Assembly (NCBI GenBank): GCA_000708835.1
Contig: DF237421.1
Location: 1-64,000 of the forward strand
Direction: 5' to 3'
DNA from: Klebsormidium nitens
Lineage: Eukaryota > Plantae > Klebsormidiophyceae
DNA: 64,000 bases
Shown here piece by piece: positions 36,901-50,800 of this stretch. The position numbers and the translations under genes were made by a program. How positions within the stretch are numbered: the first letter of the stretch is position 1; every line of letters begins with the position of its first letter. The notes below the pieces were generated by a model. The model was not told the origin of the DNA. It saw only the letters and a program-made list of their open reading frames with translations, and made no database searches.

Positions 36901-39567
36901 AGTCTGTGTTAACCTTCTCTGTCACCTCTGGTCGACCTCCTTACGTGTTTCTGCAACCATCATTAACCTTTTTCTCGGTTACAGGATCCAGCGGGCAAGG
37001 CGGGACGGAGCGTGCGGCGACAACTGGGTCACTCGCTCTTATCGAGCGTGACGCACACGTACCGGCTAGAGAACCGGGACAGCCGATTGCGGCCGACGCA
37101 GGGCTGGGGGCTGCGCGTGACTAGCCAACTGGCGGGACTAGGACTCGATTCTAATCTTGTGCGGTTCATAAAAGAGGTAGGTTTTGGTTTGATTTGATTT
37201 TGTGAAGCTGACATTTTGGACCGGTATCTATTCGCGTCACTCTGGGTTGGTACCTCCGCGTCACCAGCCGATCGGCGGGACTAGGATTCGACTCGAACCT
37301 CGTGCGGTTCATAAAAGAGGTAAGGTTGGTCATTTTTAAAAGTGTAAGCGATGTCCAAAGTTGAGACTGGGAGGGTATATTAGCACCAATTCGAAATTGA
37401 GGAGAGCGTTGTGATCTCGCAGCGGCGGGTTCGAACTCGACCTTGATTACGTGCTGGCTATGATGGAAAAAAGGCGAACGTGACAAAGTCTCGTTCCCAG
37501 ACTCTACTCTTGCGGGCCTTTTAACATCCCTGGCAGGGAGTTCAATCTCTTCGAAGAAGGTCGGAAGGTCTGAGTTTCGGTCAGGCTTCTAGACGGGAGC
37601 CGAAGAGCAGGAAAGTGACACAGCGGGGCCGTGGCAAGGCTTCCGCGCTGCAGTCTGTGTAGGAACGATATCGTGCAACTAAAACAGTCGTTGTGTTTTC
37701 AAGGTGCGCTTTTCTTATTTTGGATTTAGGGAGCGCTGAACGGACAGTTCGAGAGCGTTGGTTCCTCATAAACTTCGCCGTAATCATGAACTTTGCTCGT
37801 AGCGATGTGCCACTTTCAGGTCGCTCGCCACGCGGTTCCTCACGCGGAATCCGTTACACTGGACTGGAGAACCACCTTCTTGTCCATCACTCAGAGGCCA
37901 TTTCCTTCCTCCGCTTTGCGATGACGTCACCCTGCCCAACGCTGACGTCACCCACGTTCCCTCCTCAGGAAGTCGAGGGCCACGTGGCCTTCCCCCTGGG
38001 CTTCGGCGGCGCCGCGCTCGGCCTTGGCGCGACTGCCGGGTTCCTCCTTCCCCTCGGCTTGGGTGGTGTGAAAAAGCCCACGAGCATTTCGGACCGTTTC
38101 TTTCTGGGGGGGCCGAACAGTCTGCGGGGGTTCAAGCACCGGGGGGTGGGGCCGTCAGAGCCGCGGCGAATATTGGAGGAGCCCAAACCGGGGGCGCCGC
38201 CACCCCCCCGGGACGCTCTAGGTGGAGATTTTGTGGTGGGTGGTTTTTGGATTTTATGACGCAACGATGTTTTGGGGCTTTAAGGTTTCAGAGGTCGTTT
38301 GTGCGCGCCAGTGATTTTAATCTTCACAGGAGCTGTGGTGGTTCTTTAGGTTACAATCTATGATGGGCTTCCTTCGTGCCCATTGTTCTGAAGATCTTGC
38401 TGCGATGGTTAAGTCAGTTTCTTGTTCTAACAATACGCAGCCTGCCCGAGTCATCTTATCAGCATTTTCGTCGTTTGATCGAGAGACCCTGCAGTTACGG
38501 CTTGCACGTAGTGCGGGTCTAAGGTTTAATCTGCTGTTAACCCGAACTGCTACAGCGTAGGTCAAGAGTTGCATCTGGCTACCGCAAAATCATACGGACT
38601 CCTTGGGCCTGAAATGACCCCTGTGTGTCACCGTCCGATCATAATACACTCAAGTGCGTTGGAGTGCTTACTCTAAGATGACAGTGCGTTTTCCCATTTC
38701 ATCGCCTCGAAAGCGCGACAATTTCACAGCGGACGTTCCACTTAAAACGCAAACGTTCTGCTCGGACCCAGCGACTGACCGCCTCATTCCCTTGTGCCAG
38801 CTGTCCGGCGTCGCCGCACTCTCCTTCGACCTGCCCGTCCGACTTTTGCAAGCGCTCAACGTCCATGGGCACGTGTTCGTGGCAGCCGGCAATAGCGTAT
38901 TGGTCCACGGGGGCCAGCCGCCGGTGTCGGCGAGAGACTTTTTGCGAGGGTTCCGTGCGTCGGCGGGCGTCGGGATCGTGTACCCATCACCGATCGGGCG
39001 GCTGGAGGTGAGCCAAGTGGCAGGCTGTGGAAAGAGGATGTGTCTACAAATTTAGTGACAGAGTTGATTCCGGAAGATGTGACGGTGCCTCCCAGTAGCT
39101 TCTATGGACAAATGACCACCTGGATAGAACAGAAAGAGCAGACGCTTTGAATGCATATCTTTCGTGGACACGTCTTGTGACACGTTTGTGCGATGCGATG
39201 CAAAGGCCTGATTACGAAAGCTGCCATGTAGTAATTCAGAGTGGAAACGTTCGGCGGCTTCAGATCGCTTGGACTGCTATTCAAGGGCAATTGAACCAGC
39301 TTGTCACTCCGAAAAAGGTCCACGTGCTACCACGTTTGACGGCCACTGAATTGCATGGGGTTTGTCGGTTGTCAAACTTTCACAGGACGAACGTCGCTCA
39401 GTCTCCCAGTGCCAGCTCTTAATTGGTCCCACTTTGCCGAATGATGACGGCGATTGCAAAACCCCGTTCACCATCTCGTGCAGATCAACTACAGTCGGCC
39501 CCTGCGCATTCAAGAAGGGGACAACGCGCAAGCTTTCCAGATTGGATTCAACGTGAGTTCACCCTAG
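33990..39567 (+). CDS. SAM50: Mitochondrial outer-membrane SAM complex subunit SAM50/TOB55 (Omp85 family, 498 aa, 6 exons)
   Basis: Exons: 33990-34403, 35755-36087, 36985-37176, 37969-38235, 38801-39007, 39484-39567 (1497 nt, all introns phase 0). POTRA (IIIEGAKRTKPHVIERELE), RRQLGHSLLSSV, DRFFLGGPNSLRGF, RDALGGDF, LSFDLPVR, FRASAGVGIV...GRLEINY. Confidence 0.95.
35495..37330 (+). repeat. Echo duplications around SAM50 exons 2 and 3
   Basis: Exon-2 acceptor echoes at ~35495-35540 and 35645-35680. Exon-3 acceptor echo at ~36775-36850. Exon-3 3' half plus donor echo at ~37242-37326. Confidence 0.85.
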
Positions 39568-40729
39568 AGCCACCGGAAATAGCAGCCAGCGACAATGAAA
39601 ACCTAGGAATCTAAGCCAGCGTTTCTTTAGCTTCAGGTAAACGGAGAGAATGATCGCCTTGGGCATATCCACCCAGGCAGCTAAGCGGACCCTCGTTCAA
39701 GTTCACAGTCTGATGTTCGATTTTGCTTACCCTAGGATGGCATGATGTTTACGTCAGCTTCACTTGAACGACAAATCAAACTTGCAAATGAGTTGTCTGT
39801 GTTGGAGGGAGGAAAAAGATGAGCTCCGTCAAAGTCTGAGCTCGCGGCCCGGCTTTGAAATTCATTTCAAGGGCCCAACTGTCTTAGTATCAAGCTAACA
39901 TGCCTTGACCCAATTCCATGACCAGCCTGGCCCACGGTGCTGGCAAGAACGCGGATTCAACCTACGTACGGTCAGCATGGGCGGTTCTACTACTTTTCAG
40001 TTGCGCTATACAGGATGCTGCACTAGTACGCCATGCAAATCATGGCGGCATACTAACAGTGTTACTGGCACTGCAAGTCCGGTCGTGATTGTTAGCATGG
40101 GCTGGTATTTAAGCTAGCTAGCGAGTATAATACCTCGCATGCACTTATCCAGTAAAATCTTACATGTAACATGAAATTTCATGCTTATTCTGTCTCCCGT
40201 GGCTGCACTCACTGTAATGCAATATATTCACTGCATGCACTACAGCGCGCGAGCAGGCTGGCAAGAATTGTACCTCGAAGGCAGAATCATCGAACGATCG
40301 TTGGCAATATGTACCATATACTTACTTATTTAAATGTAACCAAGAGCGCGGCCGGCTAGCTAGTCGATCAGAGCACAGTACATGCATATAGGAATAATCT
40401 GTGTGAAACGAAATTGCTGGCCAGCTGGCCCGTGGCCAGTCGTTGCAAATTCCTTCAAGAGCTCGCAAGGAAAGCGGGCCACATTCCTTCTATATTTTAC
40501 CGGCCGCTGATCATGCCTACATACTCGTAGAACTCACTGAGGTGGTAGACTAGCTCGTTCGCTCAATCCTTTGTACGTATGAGAAAGGCAGGAGTAAAGT
40601 TATATTATACTTAGCTTTTGCAGATCTCTTTACATCAAGTCAACTCACTCGAATCTCAAACCGTGTAGACAATCGACACACAGAACTTCTTTAATCTAGC
40701 TACGTTACATTTTTCATGATTCTTGCTGT

Positions 40730-43261
40730 TTACAAGGCCTGGGAAGAGGGGGCGATGTTAACCGAAGCAAGGACCAGAAGCCACCTCGGACCCGGGGCGG
40801 CATTGACAGTGCTATTCGCACTTTTGTCAAGGTACTGCCAGAGCAGGACGACGTATGCATTGCCAATCTGCGAAGACAACAGAAGAGGTAGCTTGTTAAG
40901 TCCAGGATTGACATGGGATTGGAACTTGCTCACGTAAAATATTGACAAAGAGGATTGTAGACGCACACCTGTCCCTCCCTTTCACGTTTTTCGTACAACA
41001 AGCAAACAAGCAGTTCGAGTATCCGATCCTTCTACGCGTTCCCGGTTCAAGGAATCAACAAACCAGTAAGGACCGCTGTTCAAACTAGTTACTTTTTGGC
41101 ACCGATACAGCACAGCTTTCGACTCACGAGCTACTCTTAACAAAGTGAAGACTCAGACAAGAGATTGACAGCCCTGTTGCTGATTGCAAACTCATGAGCG
41201 GTTGATCTCATCCTCTCTTTGAGATGAAGCTACATCTTTGGGATGTGGAGTTTGGCAGCGAAGGTGGACTTACCATAGGTACTTCAGGCACAAGGACAGT
41301 GAGGATGGCAGCCTCGCGACCTAGTTGACTGTAAGCAACAGCGGTCGGAGGAGGAGCGGTCGCATTGCGAGCCCGCAGCAGGGTGAAGAAGGTTAAAAAA
41401 GTGGGAACGGTCAGATTGAACCTGCAAAGTCATGAGTGCAAGTGTTGATACATGTTGCACAACTACGAGCAAGATGTCTGAGAACCCTAGCTTCATTCAA
41501 ATGGGTCATCTGACTAATATGAAACCCTTAATCAGAAGGAATAAGAAGGACAAGGTTGGCACGAACTCATTATATCCAGAAAAGGAACGTCTCGAAAGAA
41601 GTCTTCGAAGGAGGGCACTCAGATCAGAACGAGCAAAATAACCTAGATTGACTTGCTGTTTCAGCACGGGGAGACCTCTTGACCTGATTAAGAGTCTCGG
41701 TAAGGTTGTGATGCAAAGGCTGAAACGAGTTATAGTTGCACAGATGTCAACATTCAAGCCCGACTAAGTGTAGGGGATCTCCCCTTATATGCAGTCTGAC
41801 AGAGTTAAGGCAGACCAGTCGCTCCTGCACTACATACTTATGCTACTGTAGGTAGCTTTTCCGCATCAAAAGCACAGAGAATAGAACGTCACTTACGGAA
41901 TGGGGCCGTACAACCCTGGCACCACTAGATGAAACTGTGGGGCGAAAAACTCCTCAGCGATGTTTTGGAGGCTGATGCTGCTGTTGCTCAGCGCCGCTTG
42001 TAGCTTTTCTGTAGCATTGCCCACCGCCGGCTGCGTGAAGTTTGCAGGCAGTGTGGCATTTGCGGAAGTTGTGACGTTTGTGGTGACGTTGCTTGACGTC
42101 ACAAATATTTCAGGCAAGGTTCGCGTCACCACTGTGCCGTTGAAAGCGGGGGCGATGCTTGTGAACTTCATCCGCCACGTGGAGTTCTGCTTTTGCCATG
42201 CGGAAGTCAGGAAGTAATTCTCGTTGGGCTGCAGCGGAAAAAGAAGATGGGGCCTTGGCCTACAAACATCTTCGCTGATTTTCTCTGCAATGTGTTTTGA
42301 GATGACCAGCTTTTTGAATGCTCACACAGCCGCGCTGAAACACTTAAAACGATCCCAAGTGAAAGCATAAAAAAGTTACTCGGGCAGAAATTCCATTGGT
42401 ACATATTCAACTGCAGTGGAACAGCTCAAAGGCTGCTCGAAGTTGCTGATGTTGGCAGCTCTCAAATGCAGTACTCCCAACGCCCCTTGAAAGTCTGAAG
42501 CCCCTTACCTTTCCTGTGTTGAAAACATCCACATAAGCGGTGTTGTTCTCATCGATGATGAAGAAGATTTGTTCTTGAAAGGTCACGTTTGTGTTTGGAT
42601 CTGGTGCCACTAAGGCAAAGGTGTTCGCCACAACAGTGTCATTAGCAGGCAACCTGCAAAGAAACGTACAAAGTGTATCTGATTATGCTAGGCAGGGCAC
42701 TGATTCATTACGCGGATTGCAACCTCTACGCATTACTGAGAACGGGCACCTCTACCACAGAACGTCTATAGCTACTTCCAAGGAGGTGATTGCTCAACCC
42801 CACAGCAGCTGAAACAGAAGAATCTGGGGGCATTTAAGGCGAGTAGAGTACTGAGCATTGAATGCAGCTCAAGTAAGGTATGGTAAGCCCCTGAAAATAT
42901 CCTAACCAAACCCAATCGTCTCCAGTGCCCTCTTGAAAATCTCAACCAATCGAACCCGGCTTCTTAGAAAGGGCTTTACATCACAGGGTGGGTTTGAGCT
43001 GTAGTAAACTTACGTCAAGGGAGCCGCTATGTTGGCGACGACGAATTGGACGCTGGGATCAAGGAACTGGTCTGCTCCAGAGATGTTTCCTGAGATGATG
43101 TAGCCAAGGAGGTTGACATTAGTACTCTGCACCTCCCGGAAGAGCGCCACGCTCTCATTGGCCGACAGAGAGCCGTTGCTGAGAACCTGCGCCCTGGTGC
43201 TAGAAGCTGCAACAAGCAGTAGTGTGCAGAACAGGGCGGAGAGCAAGGCGCGGCGAGCCAT
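40730..43261 (-). CDS. Secreted, heavily N-glycosylated protein with two tandem putative NTF2/SnoaL-like domains (322 aa, 5 exons)
   Basis: Exons: 43014-43261, 42509-42653, 41897-42186, 41274-41421, 40730-40867 (969 nt, open frame). Signal peptide MARRALLSALFCTLLLVAASSTRA; 17 N-x-S/T sequons; internal duplication. The gene model is well supported; the fold call is inference. Confidence 0.75.
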
Positions 43262-44827
43262 GTTACTGCTGAGCTGCAAAGAGCTGGCGAGCTTTGGGTT
43301 AGGCAGCGGCTTGTGAAGAACTGAGCTCGATTTGTGAATCAAAGGACCAAGCTTATAAACCGCTGAAACTCGGATGCTGTCGCCGGATGCTGCTGCTGCT
43401 CAATCGATTTTGAGTGAACGCTGAAATTTCTGGCTCTGGCCTAGACTGAGCTCTCTCCCTACGTAGCTGCTGACTAAGCAAAGGGGCCTCCCTAAACATG
43501 TACTTTTCGTCAATCACGCGTTCTGACTTGTCACGAAAGCCCGCCTGACCAGCAAACATTTGTAAAGGCTGACGCCAGTAAATCAAAGGGCGCAACTTAT
43601 TAAAAAATGCGGGAGTGCTAATATTTCAGCAGTCCCCGAGTCAGCGCCACATGGCTTTAGCCTTTAGGCAGCTGAGATGCAGATGCATCATTTGGGAACT
43701 CACGCATAAAGTGGAAGACGTGGCGAAGGGCCCCAGCTTGACGAGCAAATGCCAGCTTTCACCGTCCGTTTCGGAAATCCTGGCAGAACGGTAGGCTATG
43801 GATGTCGACATACGTGCCGTACGGTCGCGTGACCCGACTTCTGGACCGCGCGAGCTCCACAGACAGCGAGTGAAAGTTCGTCGCGCAAACACAGCAGAAC
43901 GGCCCGGCCAGGTTCCGGTTCCGAGGGGGTCAATATTTCTGCGCGTCAAATTTCAATATTCGAAAAAAAGCGCGCGCTGAAAATACGGGAAATCTCCAGG
44001 GCTGGCGGCGCTGGCGGATCCAATGATTCATGCAATGATCTTCAATTTTGTTGGAGGGCGCGGCCGCGCCAAGCGCTAGGCCGCGGCCGCGCCAGTGTGC
44101 AGTGTCGCCTACTACTGCGCGCGTGGTAGCGCAAGCTAGTACATTTTAACTGAGTGATCGAGCTACGGCTATTGGAAAGTTGGTCGCGCCCGCGACGCCA
44201 AAATGAGGAGCTTTGAGGGAAGCCGTCTGCCAGTGCCTAACACTTACACTCCTGGCCGATCTTAGCTGTAAGCGCGGAGCGCGCACTTTCTTGCTGAACG
44301 GGCCGCGCAGTGAGCAACACTCAGGTCCTCATGTGAAAGGTTCTAGTGGCACTATCGGCCAGCACATGCTAATTTCGACGCTGCCGTTCATGTACTATGA
44401 CACCATGTGCACGACCGATGCAGAAAGCGGTGCAACCAGGTTTGTTGTGTGTCACATTCGGAACACAAGCGGACCAATGGTTGAATTGGTTCACAACAAG
44501 ACTCCAGTACTTGAACGGCAGCTGCGCATGAGCATTTCAGACAATGGTAACCTTCTATGCAGATCGGCGAAAAGCTACTCCTACACAAGCAGGTCTCGCT
44601 GCGTGTGCCCTAGTCAAAGGCTGTAGCACGAAAACCCTTGTGCAGAATTCGTTAATAATCGAGACATTGTGCGAAAGGCTACTGCTTTACGTAAACAATT
44701 CCTATGCAGCCTGCAATATAGCTGCACACCAGTTTCAAATGTGACCAGTATAATACACCGAGAAGAGCCTAGCCGACGAGTGTTTCTGGAAGGCCCCAGG
44801 GGGTCACATAATTCTCCTGACTCCTTA

Positions 44828-47800
44828 TTATTGCCGGCCTGACGTCATCTCCCGGAACTCGTCTTCCACCTGTTGCAAGGGGAAACAGCGAGATCGAAGC
44901 CGTCAAGGGTCTGGAAGAATCCTTACTTATTGTCCAGGCTTTCAAGAACGCCGCGCGATCGAATCTGATAAGCACCAAGCAGGAGGTGTTTGACGAAGGA
45001 GATTCCTTTTTCTTTCCAGGGCCACCTATTGCAAGCTGGAAACAGCCTGTCAGCGAGTTCCGTTTGCAAAGCGGGCGCAAGAGTTGTATTTCATTAGTGT
45101 TTCGTCAAAGCCGTGTACGAAAAGTAACTACTGTAATCTAGTGGCCTTGATGCTCCACACGAAGGAGCTCTTAAAGTTGCAGGTAACGGAGGATTCAAAG
45201 GTTGGGTGCTTGTACCGTTGGATATTCAAAGCAACGAGGTTCGTGGGACAATTGTCTCTCGTTGTCGCAAGCGGTGGTTACCAGAACGTAAAAGCATCAA
45301 GCGAGGGGTTCAAAAGTAGGAGAGGCATCAAGAAACTCTAATCAAGCCCCCACTTCGACCCCGTCCCTCCGGCAGAAAATTTCGAGCCCTTCAATCTGTC
45401 CTTCTTAGCCGATTGAGAGTATCCACGCATACCAAGTAAGATGCTCCGCGCTGACCCCTCAAGGGCAAGGCTATCGTAACCCCATTCAGCCAAACGCTCA
45501 CCCTTTTGAGGACGTCATCAACCGACTCCGCTTCCGTCACGGTCTCCGTCTTTGCTTGGTCCTTCTTGGCTTTGATCTTGAGCTCCTTAGCGCGCGTCTC
45601 CAAGTTTTTCTCGCGCTTCGTTTCCCGTTCGAGCATCTAAGAAACGCCAGAGCATCTCGTGGGAAAAGGTCGGGTGCACAATACCAAGGGCCGTATTTGG
45701 AAGAAGATAATACTGATCTGTGACTTCAGGACAATTTGGCTGTTTTGAGTGTCTGAACGTTAAGGCCGAGGGCTCGTTCTTCACTTGGACTTTGAATGCT
45801 CGTACAATTTGAGGACCGACAGAGCGATCCGTCTTTCTGGTCAGATATGGCTGATCAGTATACTGCAGCTAAGGATATCAATCGACTCACGATGCCAATT
45901 CAGGAATCATTTATCACTTTCTTGCGAACCGACGTTGAGCCTCAAGATTCTCAGATAAAGCGCTTCCAGCCTGCTTCTTAGCCACCAGTAACATCAACCC
46001 GCTGATTTTGCACAGTCCCCAATTGTGAAATGAACCGGGCTCCCTGTTGGCACTTCTCTCACCTGGGCGATGGACTGTTTCTCATTGGGCTGCATGACCG
46101 CCAGCCCCTCGCAGAAGTCGAGCAGCGTGGTGCTTCCGTCGGAGGCTCCGGCGGCGAGCATCTTGCCGGACTCTTGCACGCGGAACGAGGTCAGCCCGAT
46201 GCCCTCGTCCATAACCTGGGGCCAAACCAACATGGTTAACGAGGGCTTTACCAAAATGAGAACCGGATTATCTTACTTTGGATGTCATTCAGTTTTACGG
46301 GTCGCTTTTATCCACGTTTCGACTTTCACTCATTTTCAGGGGGAGGAAAGCGTCTCATCGACCCAGATAGGTTGATCTGATCCGCCTGCTTTCCGCCCGT
46401 CGATTCGATCCGCCGTTTTCGATCCCCATCGCTCTCTGCGTCTCCATGCTTCTCGCTATCAAGCGCGACTTTCTACATTCTGATGTATGATCAAGAATCG
46501 GATCGATGCCCCAACGCAGATCGTGGAGGTTTCCTACAAATCAATAGCCCAAATAAGATTGCCACCCAAGCACTGATTCTAAGTCCCACCTTGACTGTGA
46601 GCGTGGGGTCGTTCTGTTTGTAGAAGTAGTCCCACACGTCGAGCGAGCCGTCCTTCTTTGACGTGAAGAAGACCCCGGGCCGCGTAGGGCTCCACGTGGC
46701 GCCCGTGATGTAACTGCTGTGATACCTGCGAGTGACACGTGCCATGACGTGAGAAGCATGTGGCAGAGGAGGGATGAACTGCACAAGCAGAATCTTTGGG
46801 CGGCGATGCATATATGAACAGCTTGTTGCAACATTGGGTAGACGCTTCGCTGCCAATCAACCTCTGGTTGCAATGGAACTGAGGAGAAAGCAAGTTTTGG
46901 CGGTGTCTATAGACAGAACCAGCCCTCAATCGCTGGACACAGGATTCGCGGATGCCTGTCTTGACAACGCCCTTAGCCGGAGTGTTCCTTTGCGTATGTC
47001 AGCAAACGACAAGCGGTGAAAAGGCTGATGTCACGCGACGTACCCGCTGAGCACCGGAATCAGGACCCTTTTCAAGGCGACAGGCCTTATAATCCCGGAA
47101 ACGATCTCTCCGGATCATTTTTTGTCCAAATCCCTGAATCGACAGGCCGCCCCAAGCCTGGACCAGGCGACACGTGACGTCAGCGGAGCCCGGTACGTAC
47201 CTGGTTGTCATGATGGCGGTCCGGAGGTCCTCGTTCCAAATGCGCGCCGTCCAGTCGCCCGCGCTGAGGAAGTACTTAGGGTAGAAGGGGCTGCGCTCCA
47301 GCGCGCAAACCGGGCCGTGGTGACCCTGGTAGCTCGCCGTAACCCGGTCGGTTGCAAGTTTCGCCTGAAAACCAAGGTTAAGGGATGGGTTACCTCCATA
47401 ACAAGTAATCTGCCTCTAAAACAACCGGTGGTGACCCTGGTAGCTCGCCGTAACCCGGTCGGTGGCGACCTTGGCCTGGAGAACAAGATGGTGTGCAAAG
47501 TGATTTGCTTATGTCCGAGAATGGCTTGCCTGCTGAGAAAATTTTCTACTTGAGCTATTCGACTAGTACCGTTTAGGAGGTGTGATGAGCGGGTTTCGTA
47601 GCAATCACCGAGAGACAATTTCCTCATCTTGTCATAATATGAGAGGGTTTGCCCTCTGGACAGATCCTTGGATTTCGCGCTGCTTGATACGTTGAGAAAA
47701 AAGATGAGCGGGTTGAGTAGCCAATCACCGACAAGATAAAGTTCTGAAGCTCATCGATGCGAGCCTCCAAACCAAAGCAGGGCACACTGGCGGAGCGCAA

Positions 47801-50800
47801 AGAGACGGCCATTGAAGGGTTCCACTCCTCAAGTAGCGGTAGCAGCCGTGAATAGCTGCTGGTTGCATCCGTAAGTCGTGGTTATAGTCCTCACTTGCGG
47901 TACTCAGCATCTTCATCGGCTCCTTCCTTCTTACCCTGCGACGCGACCCGCCAGCTTCAACCATCTCAAGTAGGCCACAAACGTAGCTATGCTGAACTCC
48001 CAGGGACTCAGATTGCATAATGTCCAAAACCGTGAACTTGAATGCTGAGTTTCTCACCTTCCTGTTGCACGCCAGCACGATGCCCTCCTCCGTACCCCCC
48101 ACAATCTCAGCCTTCGTCTCAGGAACTCAGAGAGGCAAACTGTCCGAAGCCTCTGGAGTGGAAGACATGAAAGTTTTCGAACGCCTCACCTTTCTGTTGC
48201 ACGCCAGCACGATGCCCTCCTCCGTGCCCACCATGAACTTGCCGGCGCCGCCCGCGGCCTCGTACTCCATGCTCACACCACCCAATATCACGTTCGAGCC
48301 TTTCTCCTGCAGACAACAATATGATGACCTCAGCCTAAGCCTGCCAGCTAAAGACTGAAAATCCAACATTCCAGATGCGGAATAGGGAAGAGGAATTCCA
48401 TACCGAAAACATGATCGCTCAGATCCTGTAGAACAGAACAACAAGGCTCGGCTTTTCACCTGGAGCACTAGGGACTCGACGGGCTCGCCTAGCCGCCGCG
48501 TGTCCCACCACATGACGCTGCCGTCAGTACTGACGCTCGCGCACTCCGTTCCGGTCTTGCTCGTCAGCCACACCACGTCGTACACCGGATCGCTGCGCGA
48601 GCGGAATGAACAGGGATTGCATTGCGTCAGAAGAACTGCGAGTCTCCTTTGGTGATTGCAGACTCCTAGTGGGTCAGCAATCGTTCGCAATGCCCTTCTA
48701 ATTACGAGAAACGTTCTCCATAATGGCACCGCACGACAGGGAGTCCTAGGTACTGATATTTCTTTTCAGGTAACAAAGTGCTGCGATTCTCGACCAAAGA
48801 TGTTCGTAAGATTGTCTCCAATATCGGAACCACTACGCATCCCTTTGCATTTAGGAGCGCGGCCGCTCAGGATTGGAGTGGGCTCTGCGTCAAACTTGCA
48901 CAGCAGGGTGTCACTCACGAAGCGTGGCAGCTTAATCTCCGGTTATTGACGTGTTTTGGGGAATTCAGCACAGGGGTTTATGCGGTTTAAGCAGTCCCCC
49001 GCCGGCATCGCTCTTCGGTCGATGCAAAAGCTTACTTGCCGAGAAACGTTTTCATAGAACAAAATGGTTCGCGTTCTTACCTATGTGACCGTTCGATTGG
49101 GGACGAGTCCACAGGCGCCGACCCCTTCCGAGTGTCAAAGTACGACACCTGTCCGTTGTACAGCCCAGCAGCCAGCACGTTTGGATCTTTGGGATTGTAG
49201 ACTAAGCAGCACGCCTGGCTCGTCGGCGTGAGCTCCGTTTCCGGCGTATTCGGGTTGCTGATGTCCCAGATGTAACTGCTGGTCGGCATGTCTTCCGGCA
49301 TTTGCTGGAACTGTAAGATTGGAGAAGAGCACCAAGAGTTCTTTCTTTGTCGAACTGCCTTCCGGTCGCCGTAAGCGCAATTCCTTCTCCTAGAGTCTTA
49401 GCCGGAAAACGGACTGTCCTTTGGTGTCACTGCTGGTCGGCATGTGTTTCGACAATTGCTGGAACTTTAAGAATGGAAGAAAGCAACAAAACTTTGTCCC
49501 TTGTGGACTGGCGTTCCCGGTTGGTACTGCATTCGTAAGTTTGACCACACAGATATAGAGAAATCGAATGTGCTGAGAGTTGATGGCGGAAGAAGTTTCA
49601 GTATTGATACTTGCTGCTGCTCGGTATGTTGTCCGGCATCTGCTGGAAATACGCGATCAAAACGAGGACTACGGGCGCCCAACCCGTTGGATCTCAAAGT
49701 TTCTTGTTCAACTTCTTTCAAGATTGCAGTCGCGTCGTGGTTTAACAGAGGTGTCGTCTATTCAAGCCGTTTACTGTACAAGAGCGCTTATTTGCAAGTT
49801 CGAGAAGCTTCGAGCGGCTAGAATCTCGATCCAGACCGAAGGGAGTTGAGATTTTCGGGGTCAACTGCGCAGTTGCTCGACTTTGTGACTATCCCTTCTC
49901 GTTTGAAAGAACGAGGGCGCGTGGATCCCAGTCCCTACGTAGTGCAGCGAAGGCTTCTGCAGATTAAGCGTACAAGTCTGCAAAAAGAGACAAAGCCACA
50001 ATGCAGGATCCCAGCTTACCTGTAGGATGGAATACGCGACGGCCAGCTTGCGCGCCCCGTCGGGGTACCACGAGATATACGACGCCGCGCGCCGGATGCG
50101 CTGCGTCGGCTCCCGGAAGACGGTCAGCGTCTTGGCGTACGGCTGCTCGCTGCTGTGGTCGGCGACGCTGCCGGAGAAGTACTCCTCGTATATGTCGATC
50201 GCGTTGTTCTGTTTCAATAGCGTATCGACCTGAGAAAGTGGAATATGTTGCAAAGTCAGCCAGAGATGGGGGTCCTCCGACCTCGAAAAGGTGTTTTTAA
50301 TGAGGGAAAAGACGTGCAGATGATAGGATAACAGCGCTGCCGGAAGAGTACCCCTCGTTTATGTCGATCGCGTTGTTCTGCTTGAATAGCTTATCGACCT
50401 GAAAGAGAGGATACCAAGAGAACGGTGAGAAAGTGATTGTGTAAATGCGTCGCAATGAGACAGAAATCAGGCTGTCACGTCTGCACAGAGGAGCCAGAAA
50501 AGAAGGCCCCCTTAGAGACTATCTGTATCCTTCTGCAGCAACAGATTCTGCCACGAAATGAGGACCAAATATTATTCAAGGGGAGAAGTACCACTTTGTG
50601 GTGCTAGTGATCGTAAGGCCACGACAAGGAGCTGTTGTCCGATTGCAATAGGCTTTCCATCTCCGAACAGAGGTTTCGTTCCCCGTTCCGGGTCTTCGAT
50701 CCCCCGTTTTCTTTAGAGATGTATACCTCTAGAGCAACCGAGTGGACATTGCTTTCACATTGTTCAAAATAATCTTGACCGCTTCCACTGCAACACCCTC

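Noticed and set aside
37242-37326. SAM50 echo as a mutually exclusive alternative exon
   Set aside because: It covers only the 3' part of the exon and has no acceptor in front that restores the frame.
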